NCBI GenBank assembly: GCA_965248355.1
Contig: OZ252098.1
Location: 2,336,001 to 2,400,000, forward strand
Reading direction: 5' to 3'
DNA from: Candidatus Latescibacterota bacterium
GTDB lineage: Bacteria > Latescibacterota > UBA2968 > UBA8231
Length of the DNA stretch: 64,000 nucleotides
This document shows, in pieces, positions 1 through 9,052 of this stretch. The notes beneath the pieces were generated by a model. The model made no database searches. It had not been told where the DNA came from and worked only from the letters and a program-made list of their open reading frames with translations. The position numbers were made by a program, and so were the translations under genes. How positions within the stretch are numbered: the stretch's first letter is position 1; the number at the start of each line of letters is the position of its first letter.

Positions 1-271
1 AGACAAAGGGAGCGAAGGGAGGCGGTCCCTGTTGCAGGTGACCCTTGAGACCGCCGGCGCCGCCCCACTGCTCCCGATCGATCAGGAGCCTCGAATCTTC
101 GTCCATCTTCTCCCGGAGTATGTCGAGCGGCTCATGGGGAACCGCGTTCTCGATGACGACAAGTCCGTCCCGTCTGATCGCCTCCACCGCCTGTTCGAGG
201 CGTCCGGGACTCATGCGCCGGGATTCGGTTTCCTTCCTGGTGAGGGGAATGACCTCCGGCTTGTCTCTCAT
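1..271 (-). CDS. Phytanoyl-CoA dioxygenase (PhyH) family protein, N-terminal part (runs off window)
   Basis: Manual translation from ATG at 271: MRDKPEVIPLTRKETESRRMSPGRLEQAVEAIRRDGLVVIENAVPHEPLDILREKM...GHLQQGPPPFAPFV; typical PhyH N-terminus; absent from ORF track because truncated. Confidence 0.65.
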   Translation of the reverse strand, partial: MRDKPEVIPLTRKETESRRMSPGRLEQAVEAIRRDGLVVIENAVPHEPLDILREKMDEDSRLLIDREQWGGAGGLKGHLQQGPPPFAPFV

Positions 272-337
272 GTCGAGCTCCAGTCTGTTTTTCTTGGGTT
301 CAGGGACTCGCGGGCCTGTCCACGTCGTGGCAGAGGG

Positions 338-1567
338 CTACCAGGCGAGGTGCCAGGGAACGGCGCGGATGCCGGGGCGCAGGGTGTGCGGCGCCTCGAC
401 GCGGCAGGCGAGCACGCCGCGGGCCTCAGGGCCGGCGAGGGCCAGCCAGCGCGCCAGACCCTCCGCGTGCCCCGGGGTGGGGGTGGCCGTGGCCTTGACC
501 TCGACTCCGTAGAGGAGGCCGCCGCGCTCGATGACGAGATCGACCTCGGCGATGGTGTTCGACTGCCAGTAGTACAGATTCGGTCTCTCGCCCTGCTGCC
601 GGAAGGCCTTCAGCCACTCGCCCACCACGGCCGTTTCCACAAGGGGCCCGAGAGCGGGTCCGTGGAGCACCGGTTCCGGCCCGTGGAGGCCGAGGAGGAA
701 GGTGGCCAGCCCGGGGTCGATGAGGAAGAGACGGGGGCTCTTTCGCAGCCGTTTGCCCAGGTTACGGTAATAGGGTTGCAGCAGATGGATGATCTGGCTG
801 GCTTCCAGCACCGAGAGCCAGCGCCGGACCGTGGGGCCGCTGACGCCGACTTCGCGTCCGACCTCGGTCATGTTGAGGGTGGTGCCCGTGCGGGCGCCGG
901 CGAGCATGAGGAACCGGCTGAAGGCGCCCAGATCGGCGATCTGGGCCAGGTCGCGCACGTCGCGTTCGAGGTAGGTCTGGACATAGCTGCCGAACCAGAG
1001 TTGTCGATCCACCTGCGGGTTGACCCGGGGCTCGGGAAAGCCGCCGCGCAGGAGCCAGTCCGCGAAGTCGATCGGCCTGCGAGGGCGGTCTTCGGCCGAT
1101 GGGAGACCGAACACCTTCTCCAGCAGGGCATCGATGCCTGGGGGCGGGGGCCGCTGCTCGACCTCCGCCGTGGAGAGCGGATCCAGGGTGAGGACGGCGA
1201 CGCGCCCGGACAGGGTCTGGCTCAGGCCCTCCATGAGGGCCAGGCTCTGGGACCCGGTCAGGATCCAGCGGCCCGGGGAGCGGTTGGCGTCGATGTCCTC
1301 CTTGACGTAGTGGAGCAGGTCCGGCGCGTACTGGATCTCGTCGAGGATCGCCGGCGGATCGGCCTCGGCGAGGAAGGCGACCGGGTCGGCCTGGGCCCGC
1401 GCCCGGACATCGGGCCGCTCGAGGGATAGATAGCGGTGGGACCCGCCCAGTTCCCGGCGCAGCAGGGTGGTCTTCCCCGTCTGGCGAGCCCCGGTGATCA
1501 GCACGGCGGGAAAGGTGGCCGCCGCCCGATGGATGGTTGGAGTCAGATGGCGCTCGAGATAGGGCAT
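338..1567 (-). CDS. AAA+ ATPase (AAA_14 + DUF4143 family)
   Basis: Walker A GARQTGKT, Walker B ILDEIQ, LTGSQ, GGFPE, YLERDVRDL, C-terminal EVDLVIE..GVEVK. Confidence 0.92.
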   Translation of the reverse strand: MPYLERHLTPTIHRAAATFPAVLITGARQTGKTTLLRRELGGSHRYLSLERPDVRARAQADPVAFLAEADPPAILDEIQYAPDLLHYVKEDIDANRSPGRWILTGSQSLALMEGLSQTLSGRVAVLTLDPLSTAEVEQRPPPPGIDALLEKVFGLPSAEDRPRRPIDFADWLLRGGFPEPRVNPQVDRQLWFGSYVQTYLERDVRDLAQIADLGAFSRFLMLAGARTGTTLNMTEVGREVGVSGPTVRRWLSVLEASQIIHLLQPYYRNLGKRLRKSPRLFLIDPGLATFLLGLHGPEPVLHGPALGPLVETAVVGEWLKAFRQQGERPNLYYWQSNTIAEVDLVIERGGLLYGVEVKATATPTPGHAEGLARWLALAGPEARGVLACRVEAPHTLRPGIRAVPWHLAW

Positions 1568-1592
1568 GGCAATGACCAGGGCCAGAGGATTC

Positions 1593-1625
1593 TTGCAAAT
1601 CTAACATGGAGAATTAGATCTGCAA
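1593..1625. promoter_or_regulatory. Palindromic operator upstream of AAA+/DUF4143 gene
   Basis: TTGCAAATCTAA-N9-TTAGATCTGCAA (11/12 arm match), AT-rich, about 25 bp upstream of the start codon. Confidence 0.6.
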
Positions 1626-1654
1626 AGAGAGGGCACCGGCCGGGCCTGCGAGCC

Positions 1655-3994
1655 CTAGCGCACCACCTGGAACCCCACCCTGTCCCGGAAGCCGTGGGCG
1701 TCGACGACCTCCAGCGCGTAGGCGCCCGGCTCCAGGGACACGGCGAGGCGGTGCCGGTCCACGGTGCGGCCCAGGAAGCGGCGGTTCGCGTACCAGAACA
1801 TGGCGCGCTCGGGGTCGGTGTGGGCGGCTCGCAGGACGATGCTCTGGCGCTCGCCGTCGAAGTCGCGGCCGGCCTGCAGGCGCGCCCCCGGCGTCGGGTA
1901 GAGGACCTGCAGGGGCCGGGCCTCGAGCTGCGCCGGGCAGTCCTCCTCATGGGGCGGCGGGGCCTGCAGGGCCTGCCCCCGCTCCCTGAGGTACTGCACC
2001 ACGTCGGCCGGATAGACCGCCTGCCGCCCGGGCCGGTGATCGCCCGGCTCCCAGCACAGGGAGCAGACCTGGCGGGTCCCGGCGCCGTCGAGGACGACGC
2101 CGCGGTGGTAGGAGCAGCGCTCCATGGGCCGCATGTGGCGCGGCCTCGGCGCCGGCGCCGGATGGGGGCAGTGGGAGTTGACGGGGCGGCCGCTGTCGAG
2201 GCAGAGGTCCCCCATCGCCAGCTCCGCCCCGGGACGGGGGAACCAGGCCCGGCCGCGGTCCCGGGGCAGGCGCTGGAAGATGTCGAAGAGCAGGGGGCCG
2301 GCGGCGCGGGCCCCGCTCAGCTCGGGGTTGCCCTCGCCGGTGAAGTTGCCCAGCCAGACGGCGATCGTCCACGAGGGACTCACCCCCACGGCCCAGGCGT
2401 CGCGCTGGCCGTAGCTGGTGCCCGTCTTCCAGGCCAGGGGCCACTGGTCCTCGTACTGGTGCCAGTAGTACTCCACCCCGGGGCGCCGCACCTCGCGCAG
2501 GGCTTCCAGGACCAGCCAGGCGGCGCCGGCGCTGAAGAGGGGCGCCGGCGGGGGCACCGGCTCCGAAGGCTCGCGCAGATAGCGCAGGGGCTCGACCCGC
2601 CCGCCCCGGGCCAGGCCGCGGAAGAGCCGGGCCATGTCCCAGAGGGTGACCTCGGCGCCGCCGAGAATCAGCGGCAGGCCGTAGTCGTCGGCCGTGCGCA
2701 CCAGGGTGGAGAGGCCGGCGTCCTGGAGGAAGCGGTGGAAGTCAAACAGGCCGTAGCGCCGCAGCAGGCGAACGGCGGGGACGTTGAGGGAACGCACCAG
2801 GGCCTCGCCGGCGCGCACCAGGCCGTCGTAGCTCTCGTCGGCGTTGCGGGGGGAGAAGCCCTGGTAGAAGGTGGGGACGTCCTTGACCAGCGTGCCGGGC
2901 AGGATCAGGCCCTCGTCCATGCTCAGGGCGTAGAGAAAGGGCTTGAGGAGCGAACCGGAGGATCGCGGCGCCGTGACACCGTCCACCTGCCCCTGGTGCC
3001 CGGCGTCGAAGAAGTCCCGCGACCCGACGTAGGCGCGGACCTCGCCGCTGCCGGTCTCCACCAGCAGCGCCGCGCCGTTGCCGATGCCCAGGTGGTCGAG
3101 GTAGCCCAGGTGCCGCGCCACCAGGGTTTCCAGCTCGCGCTGCAGGCCGGCGTCGAGGGTGGTGCGGATCAGGCGGCCCGGGCGGCGGCTCTTCAGCGCC
3201 CTCGACAGGTGCGGCGCCGTCACGGGAAGGGGCCAGGCCCGCGAGGACACGGGCTCGGCCGCGGCCAGGCTCAGGGTCTCGGCGTCGAACAAGCCGGCCC
3301 GGTGCAGGCCGGCGAGCAGGCGGTTCCGCTTCGCCTCCAGGCGCCGCGGGTCGGCCGTGGGCGAGACCAGGCCCGGCGCGTTCGGCAGCACCGCGAGGGT
3401 GGCGGCCTCGCTCCAGGTCAGCTCCTCCGGCCGCTTGCGGAAGTAGCGGACCGCCGCGGCCTGGTAGCCGACGATGTTGCCGCCGTACGGCGCGTGGTCC
3501 AGGTAGAGGCGCAGGATCCCGTCCTTGTCGTGGTAGAGCTCGATCTTGACGGCCAGCAGGGTCTCGAGGGCCTTGTTGAGGTAGGTCCGCGGCTTGGGGC
3601 GCATGAGCCGCGCCACCTGCATGGTGAGGGTGCTGGCGCCGCTGCGCACCTCGCCGGCCGCCGCGTTCTGGTAGAGGGCGCGGGCCAGCGCCAGCGGGTT
3701 GACGCCCCGGTGGCGGTCGAACTGCCGGTCCTCGAAGTGGATGACGGCGGCCCTCAGCTTGGCGGGCACGGCGAGGCTGGAGTCCGGCGGGAAGCACCAC
3801 TGCTGCCCGTCGTTGAGGAAGGCCCGCAGGAGCCGGCCCTCCCGGTCGACGACGAGGGTGCTGTAGTCCGGCGCGAACAGGGGCCGCGGCAGGGGCAGGA
3901 GGAAGTAGAGGGCCAGGCCGAGGGCGGGGACGGCCAGCAGGAGGGCGGCGAGGCGCCTGGGGCGCCGGGGGATGCGAAGGGCGCGTCCGGACAT
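1655..3994 (-). CDS. pbpC: Penicillin-binding protein 1C
   Basis: N-terminal TM; transglycosylase motifs EDRQF..HRGV and GASTLTMQVAR; transpeptidase GSLLKPF, SLN, KTGTS; C-terminal PBP1C Ig-like domain; start chosen at MSGRALR. Confidence 0.93.
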   Translation of the reverse strand: MSGRALRIPRRPRRLAALLLAVPALGLALYFLLPLPRPLFAPDYSTLVVDREGRLLRAFLNDGQQWCFPPDSSLAVPAKLRAAVIHFEDRQFDRHRGVNPLALARALYQNAAAGEVRSGASTLTMQVARLMRPKPRTYLNKALETLLAVKIELYHDKDGILRLYLDHAPYGGNIVGYQAAAVRYFRKRPEELTWSEAATLAVLPNAPGLVSPTADPRRLEAKRNRLLAGLHRAGLFDAETLSLAAAEPVSSRAWPLPVTAPHLSRALKSRRPGRLIRTTLDAGLQRELETLVARHLGYLDHLGIGNGAALLVETGSGEVRAYVGSRDFFDAGHQGQVDGVTAPRSSGSLLKPFLYALSMDEGLILPGTLVKDVPTFYQGFSPRNADESYDGLVRAGEALVRSLNVPAVRLLRRYGLFDFHRFLQDAGLSTLVRTADDYGLPLILGGAEVTLWDMARLFRGLARGGRVEPLRYLREPSEPVPPPAPLFSAGAAWLVLEALREVRRPGVEYYWHQYEDQWPLAWKTGTSYGQRDAWAVGVSPSWTIAVWLGNFTGEGNPELSGARAAGPLLFDIFQRLPRDRGRAWFPRPGAELAMGDLCLDSGRPVNSHCPHPAPAPRPRHMRPMERCSYHRGVVLDGAGTRQVCSLCWEPGDHRPGRQAVYPADVVQYLRERGQALQAPPPHEEDCPAQLEARPLQVLYPTPGARLQAGRDFDGERQSIVLRAAHTDPERAMFWYANRRFLGRTVDRHRLAVSLEPGAYALEVVDAHGFRDRVGFQVVR

Positions 3995-4001
3995 CACGGA
4001 C

Positions 4002-4964
4002 TCAGGTCTCGGCGAGGGTCCATTCCCCGGGAATCCGGCCATCCCAATAGGATGGCAGCTGCCAGTAGTGCGCCGCTTCCCGGTCGCAGATGAGCACCGG
4101 TCGAAAGCGTCTTCCACCGGAAAGGCACTCCCTCACCGCCCCGGATGTCTCCGGATCGTCGATCACGAAGGGCGTCTCGCAGACCCCGCCTTCATCATCC
4201 CGCCGGTACCGAAGCGGGCCCTTTCTGCTCACGAGGATCGCCTCCATTCCCCGCTGGGGCCTCAACACCTCGTCCAGTCCCTCGATCTCCAGGCCGATCC
4301 AGCCTGCCAGCGGCATTGGCAGATCCCTTGTCACGGGCGCTCTCAGATTCAACAGGTAACGAGTGCCGTCTCTCGACTGCAGGCCCGCGTGGCCCCACGA
4401 ATCGGACCGGAGGAGCTCGCGGATCCGCCCGTCGACACTCTCACTTTGTATTGGAGTGATCCGCTCCATTGACAGTTCCCGCAGGTCCCTGCGGACGCGC
4501 ACCTCTCCTTCCAGGAGAATCTCCGGATGGCTCTTGATCGAAGCCGGTCTCCAGTATCGACGCGCACGCTGCATCAACGCCCCGACTGTTTCGCCATCGC
4601 CGATGTAGCTGATCAGATTCATGTCCGCGGCCCAGACCCGGGAGATCCGTTCCACCTCGACCTGGTACAGCCCGCGCTGCGAGCCTGTCTCAGGCCCGAG
4701 GATGCTCTGGCGATAGTGCCACGCCCGCGCATGAGCCTCATCCTGCCACAGGAAGAGCGCATCGAACCGACATGGCCGCGAAGGGAACTCGTGGGCGCGA
4801 ACCAGCTCCCACACGAGGTCCAGGACGTGATCGGTGGCAGCACCCTCTTCGACGGCCTTCCTGAAGTGGCCGCCGCGCAGGCGGGTCCCGACCTCGATAC
4901 TTGGCGCCGCCGTCAGGTAGAGGTGAGAGCCGACCTCGATTGAGTCGAGAGAGATCGTGGGCAT
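4002..4964 (-). CDS. DUF2441-like protein with additional C-terminal domain
   Basis: ELVRAHEFPSRPCRFDALF and ARRYW...PEILLEGEVRV resemble DUF2441; composition differs from neighbours. Confidence 0.55.
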   Translation of the reverse strand: MPTISLDSIEVGSHLYLTAAPSIEVGTRLRGGHFRKAVEEGAATDHVLDLVWELVRAHEFPSRPCRFDALFLWQDEAHARAWHYRQSILGPETGSQRGLYQVEVERISRVWAADMNLISYIGDGETVGALMQRARRYWRPASIKSHPEILLEGEVRVRRDLRELSMERITPIQSESVDGRIRELLRSDSWGHAGLQSRDGTRYLLNLRAPVTRDLPMPLAGWIGLEIEGLDEVLRPQRGMEAILVSRKGPLRYRRDDEGGVCETPFVIDDPETSGAVRECLSGGRRFRPVLICDREAAHYWQLPSYWDGRIPGEWTLAET

Positions 4965-5140
4965 GAACCACATAGTAAGGCAGCTTTGGGGACTCTCGAT
5001 CAAGACATCTGAACACGCACGGACCAGGCAGGGCCCTCCTTTCAGATTCGGCGGGCACCGCCTTCTTGGACCCGTCCAGGCCTCGGGCGAATCGCATGCG
5101 GAGGCTCCCCCTTGACAGACACGGGGCGGTCATCAGACTC

Positions 5141-5174
5141 TTGACATACAGACTAAGTCTTGCGGACTAAGTCT
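5141..5174 (+). promoter_or_regulatory. TA operon promoter/operator
   Basis: TTGACA at 5141 followed by two palindromic GACT-A-AGTC boxes (5150-5160, 5164-5174) just upstream of the Phd gene. Confidence 0.6.
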
Positions 5175-5187
5175 TGGAGAAGCTGCC

Positions 5188-5433
5188 ATGCGCACCGTCA
5201 ACATGCACGAAGCCAAGACCCACCTTTCGCGTCTCGTCGAGGGGGCCACCCAGGGCGAACCCTTCATCATCGCCCGGGCCGGCAAGCCCCTGGTCAAGGT
5301 CCTCGCGGTGGAGGCCCCGGAGTCCGGAAACGCCGCCCGCACCGGGTTCCTGGCCGGCCGGATCTCGCTGCCGTCCGACTTCGACCGCATGGGCTCCACC
5401 GAGATCGAGACCTTGTTCGAGGGCGATGCGTGA
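5188..5433 (+). CDS. Phd/YefM family antitoxin
   Basis: MRTVNMHEAKTHLSRLVE...FIIARAGKPLVKV. Confidence 0.92.
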   Translation: MRTVNMHEAKTHLSRLVEGATQGEPFIIARAGKPLVKVLAVEAPESGNAARTGFLAGRISLPSDFDRMGSTEIETLFEGDA

Positions 5434-5828
5434 GATTCCTGCTGGACACCCATGTCCTGCTGAGGGCCGCGGAGGGTCCGGACCGCCTGCCGCCCGAGGC
5501 CCTAGATCTGATCGAGAACCCGGCGACGGAGCTGGTCTACAGTGCCGTGTCCATCTGGGAGGTGGCGATCGAGAACGGCCTGGGGCGCGCCGATTTCCGG
5601 GTCGACCCCCGCCTGCTCCGCCGCGGTCTGCTCGAGCACGGCTACACCGAGCTACCGGTGACCGGCGCCCACGCGGCGGCGGTCGATCTCCTGCCGCCGA
5701 TCCACAAGGACCCCTTCGACCGCCTCCTGGTGGCGCAGGCACAGATCGAGGGGATGACCCTGGTGACGATGGATGAAGTGGTTGGGCGCTACCCGGGGCC
5801 GGTCCAGTTGGTCGGTCGAACACCGTGA
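5430..5828 (+). CDS. vapC: PIN-domain VapC toxin
   Basis: GTGA overlap with antitoxin; RFLLDTHVLL, SIWEVAI, HKDPFDRLLVAQA, LVTMD. Confidence 0.9.
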   Translation: MRFLLDTHVLLRAAEGPDRLPPEALDLIENPATELVYSAVSIWEVAIENGLGRADFRVDPRLLRRGLLEHGYTELPVTGAHAAAVDLLPPIHKDPFDRLLVAQAQIEGMTLVTMDEVVGRYPGPVQLVGRTP

Positions 5829-5885
5829 CCGCCATGTAGACGGCTCCCGCCTGGAACCACCTTCAACCAGGTGCGCCGAACAAGC

Positions 5886-7166
5886 ATGGCCACACCCACC
5901 CCACTCGCAGCACCTCCCGCGGGCCACGACGACCTCGAAGGGAGCCGCCAGCAGTGGCGGAACCTGGGACTGCTGGCGCTGGCCGAGGTGCTGGGCATGT
6001 CCCTGTGGTTCAGCGCCTCCGCCGTGTCACCGGCCTTGCGCGAGGCCTGGGGCCTCTCGGTGGCGAGCGCCGCCTGGCTCACCATGTCCGTGCAGATCGG
6101 CTTCGTCGCCGGCACCGGCCTCAGCGGCGTCCTCAACCTGCCCGATATCGTCAGCAGCCGGCGCCTCTTCGTCATCAGCGCGTGGCTGGGCGCCGCGGCC
6201 AACGCCGGCTTCGCCCTTTTCGCCACGGGCCTGCCCTCCGGTATCGTCCTGCGCTTCCTGACCGGCTTCTTCATCGCCGGCGTCTACCCCCCGGGCATGA
6301 AGCTGGCCTCCACCTGGACCCGGCGGCACCTCGGCCTCGCCATCGGCCTCGTCGTGGGGGCCCTGACCCTCGGCTCGGCGGCCCCCCATCTGGTGCGGTC
6401 CCTGTCCCCCCTGGGCCGCCCCGGCGGCGACACCTCCGCCTGGACCAGCGTCGTCCTGGTCTCGTCGGCCCTGGCCGCCGCGGGCGGGCTGATCGTGGCG
6501 CTCCTCTTTCGGGAAGGGCCCTTTGCGGTCGCCGGCGCCCGCTTCAATCCGCGCTTCGCCCTCTCCATCTTCACCCGGCGGGACCTGCGGCTGGCCAACT
6601 TCGGCTACCTCGGCCACCAGTGGGAGTTGTACGCCATGTGGACGTGGGTGCCCATCTTCCTGGCGGAGAGAGTGGCGGCCGGCGGCGGCTCCCCCTCGCT
6701 GGCGGCTCTGCTCGCCTTTGCCGTGGTCGGCGTCGGCGGCCTCGGATGCCTCGTGGCCGGTGCCGGCGCCGACCGTATGGGCCGCACGACGACGACGAGC
6801 GCCGCCATGATCGTCAGCGGCACCATGGCCGTCCTGGCCGCGGTCTTCCACGCGGCGGCCTTGCCGCTGCTCACCGTCATCCTGCTGATCTGGGGAGTCT
6901 CCGTGGTCGCCGATTCGGCCCAGTTCTCCGCCTCCATCACCGAGCTCAGCCCCCCGGAATACACCGGCACGGCGCTGACCATCCAGACCTCGGTCGGCTT
7001 CCTGCTGACGATGGGCTCGATCCAACTGGTGCCGCTCATCGTAGAGGCGGCCGGCTGGCCCGCGGCCTTCGTCATGCTCGCCATCGGACCCGCCCTCGGC
7101 ACGGTGGCGATGCTGCGGCTGCGCCGCCTGCCCGAGGCCGCGCAGCTCGCCGGGGGGCGTCGGTAG
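5886..7166 (+). CDS. MFS transporter
   Basis: About 12 hydrophobic segments; MSLWFSASAV, GVYPPGMK, GHQWELYAMW, ADSAQFSA. Confidence 0.9.
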   Translation: MATPTPLAAPPAGHDDLEGSRQQWRNLGLLALAEVLGMSLWFSASAVSPALREAWGLSVASAAWLTMSVQIGFVAGTGLSGVLNLPDIVSSRRLFVISAWLGAAANAGFALFATGLPSGIVLRFLTGFFIAGVYPPGMKLASTWTRRHLGLAIGLVVGALTLGSAAPHLVRSLSPLGRPGGDTSAWTSVVLVSSALAAAGGLIVALLFREGPFAVAGARFNPRFALSIFTRRDLRLANFGYLGHQWELYAMWTWVPIFLAERVAAGGGSPSLAALLAFAVVGVGGLGCLVAGAGADRMGRTTTTSAAMIVSGTMAVLAAVFHAAALPLLTVILLIWGVSVVADSAQFSASITELSPPEYTGTALTIQTSVGFLLTMGSIQLVPLIVEAAGWPAAFVMLAIGPALGTVAMLRLRRLPEAAQLAGGRR

Positions 7167-7228
7167 TGGTCTGTCAAGGATCCAGCGCCGTGTCTTCTAC
7201 CATGGTTTTCTGAAGCGGAGGGCATTCC

Positions 7229-7501
7229 ATGAGCTTGAACATCAAGAACAAGGAGGTCGAGCGGCTGATCGAGGAGGTCTCCCTCCTCACAGGAGAGAGC
7301 AAGACCGAGGCAGTGCGCCGATCCCTGGAGGAGCGCCGCGCCCGCCTGGCCTACCAAGGCGCCGCCGATGATCGCGGCGGACGGTTGCGCCGATTCCTGG
7401 AGACGGAGGTCTGGCCCTATGTGCCGCCCTCGGAACTGGGCAGGAAACTCAGCCGGGATGAAGAGGAAGACATCCTGGGCTATGGCAAGGACGGCGCATG
7501 A
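7229..7501 (+). CDS. vapB: VapB-type antitoxin (Rv0623-like RHH)
   Basis: MSLNIKNKEVERLIEEVSLLTGESKTEAVRRSLEER...EEDILGYG. Confidence 0.85.
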   Translation: MSLNIKNKEVERLIEEVSLLTGESKTEAVRRSLEERRARLAYQGAADDRGGRLRRFLETEVWPYVPPSELGRKLSRDEEEDILGYGKDGA

Positions 7502-7530
7502 TCCTCGATTCCTCGGCGATCGTCGCCACC
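7498..7530 (+). pseudogene. VapC 5' remnant (about 10 codons)
   Basis: ATGA overlap with vapB; reads MILDSSAIVA (PIN N-terminus), then runs into the 3' end of the opposite-strand ankyrin gene. Confidence 0.7.
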
Positions 7531-7534
7531 GGTG

Positions 7535-9052
7535 TCACCGTCTCTCCACGAACCACCGCTCGATGACCGCCGCCGTCTCCTCGTGGCCCCGCCTCCGCGC
7601 CCAGGACAGGGGCGCGGTCCCGGACCCATGGGGATCGGCCCCCTTCCCGAGCAGGAACGCCGCCATCTCCGCGCGGCCCTCCCTCGCGGCCCAGCCCAGG
7701 GGCGTGCTGGTGTACTCCTCGTCGAGGGCCTCCAGCGGCGCTCCGTGGGCGAGGAAGCGCTCCGCCTCCGACATCGATCCGAAGGCGGCGATATCGTGCA
7801 GCTCGGTGATGCCCATCCAGTCGGGCTGCGAGAGATCCGACAGGGCGAGGGCCGGCTCGCTGTAGTCCTTCAGGCTCTCGTGGCGGAGCAGCTGCCTCAC
7901 CAGGTCGGGTGAGAGGCCGCAGCAGGTCGGCATCTGCCTCCAGGCACAAGTCCATGAGCGGCCGGTTGCCGATGGTCCGCGGAAAGATCTGGCGCGCCGA
8001 CGCTGGGTCTTCACTGAGCCGCCGCGCCAGCCCCTCCCCGTCGTCGTTGTCGACGTGGTATTTCAGCGGCAGCTCGGAAAACATGATCCGCAGGACCTCG
8101 GGGTCGACTCCCTTCAGATCGTCGTAGTCCCTCAGCCTCCCGCCCCTCTCGGCCAGTCTCCGCAGCAACTGCGGATGCTCCTTGGCCCAGCCGCAGACAC
8201 ATCCGGAGGACTCCACTTCCTGGTTCGGATCGCCACCGGCCTCGAGGACCAGGTCGACGATCTCCATGTCGCCTTTGCCGACGGCGTTCAGCAGGGCGCT
8301 GCCGCGGGGGGCGTGCCCGGGCTGCCGGAGGTTCGGGTCGGCGCCGTGGTCCAGGAGATACCTGACGACGGCCGCGTCGCCGGCGCCGATGGCGTTGTCC
8401 AGTGCGGTGCTCGTGTACCAGGTGAAGTAGTCGGGCAGCCGGTTCGCGCAGGCCGGATCGGCTTCCACGCACTCCTTCACGAGCTCGAGATCACCGAGGG
8501 AAGCGGCGTGCTCGATGGGACACTCGGCGCCCAGGCCCATGAGGACTCCGCGGAGGAAGTCGGCCCCGTTGCGGCCCCTGTGGAAGTAGTCGCCCGGGGT
8601 CAAGTCGATGGGGCGGGCGCCGTCGGGACGTTGGGCCTCCAGGTCCGCCCCCCGCTCAGCAAGGGCCCGGATGATGCGGGAGTCCTTGACCAGGACCGCC
8701 CAGTGGATGGGCTGATTGCCTCGTTCGTCCACCGTATCAGCCGCTGGTGATGCCTGTTGCCGGACTTGTAGGTGATCTCCGCCCCGCTCTCGACGAGGAA
8801 ACGGGCGACCTCCAGATGGTTGTTCCCCACGGCGAAGTAGAGGGGCTCCCGGTAGCGGATGTTGCAGTCCACGAGCTCGGGCTCCGCGTCGATACACCTT
8901 CTGATCGTGTCCAGATCTCCCTCCATCGCCGCCTTCACCGCCTTCTGGACCGATCGTCCGCGCCCCATGTACCAGCCGTCATAGTCATCCGTATCCAGGT
9001 CCGCCGGCCACCTGATGTTCCGGCTTTCCGTCGGCATTCTTCCAGTCGTCAT
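7535..9052 (-). pseudogene. Ankyrin-repeat protein, two frame breaks (~8740, ~7917)
   Basis: Ankyrin motifs (PLYFAVGNNHLEVARFLVESGA, QPIHWAV, TPLGWAAREGRAEMAAFLLGKGAD) spread across three frames; ATGA overlap with upstream gene; breaks could be sequencing errors. Confidence 0.8.

Noticed and set aside
302..1648. Short degenerate direct repeat (AGGG..CGGGCCTG) flanking the first AAA+ gene
   Set aside because: Fits the scar pattern, but only 8 bp are exact; not distinguishable from chance
5071..5084. 14-bp exact match CCCGTCCAGGCCTC with 56131-56144 (upstream of a2m)
   Set aside because: Suggestive position, but 14-mer matches are expected by chance in 64 kb of high-GC sequence
5110..7179. 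11-bp inverted repeat CCTTGACAGAC bounding Phd-VapC-MFS as transposon ends
   Set aside because: Too short, no transposase or target duplication seen
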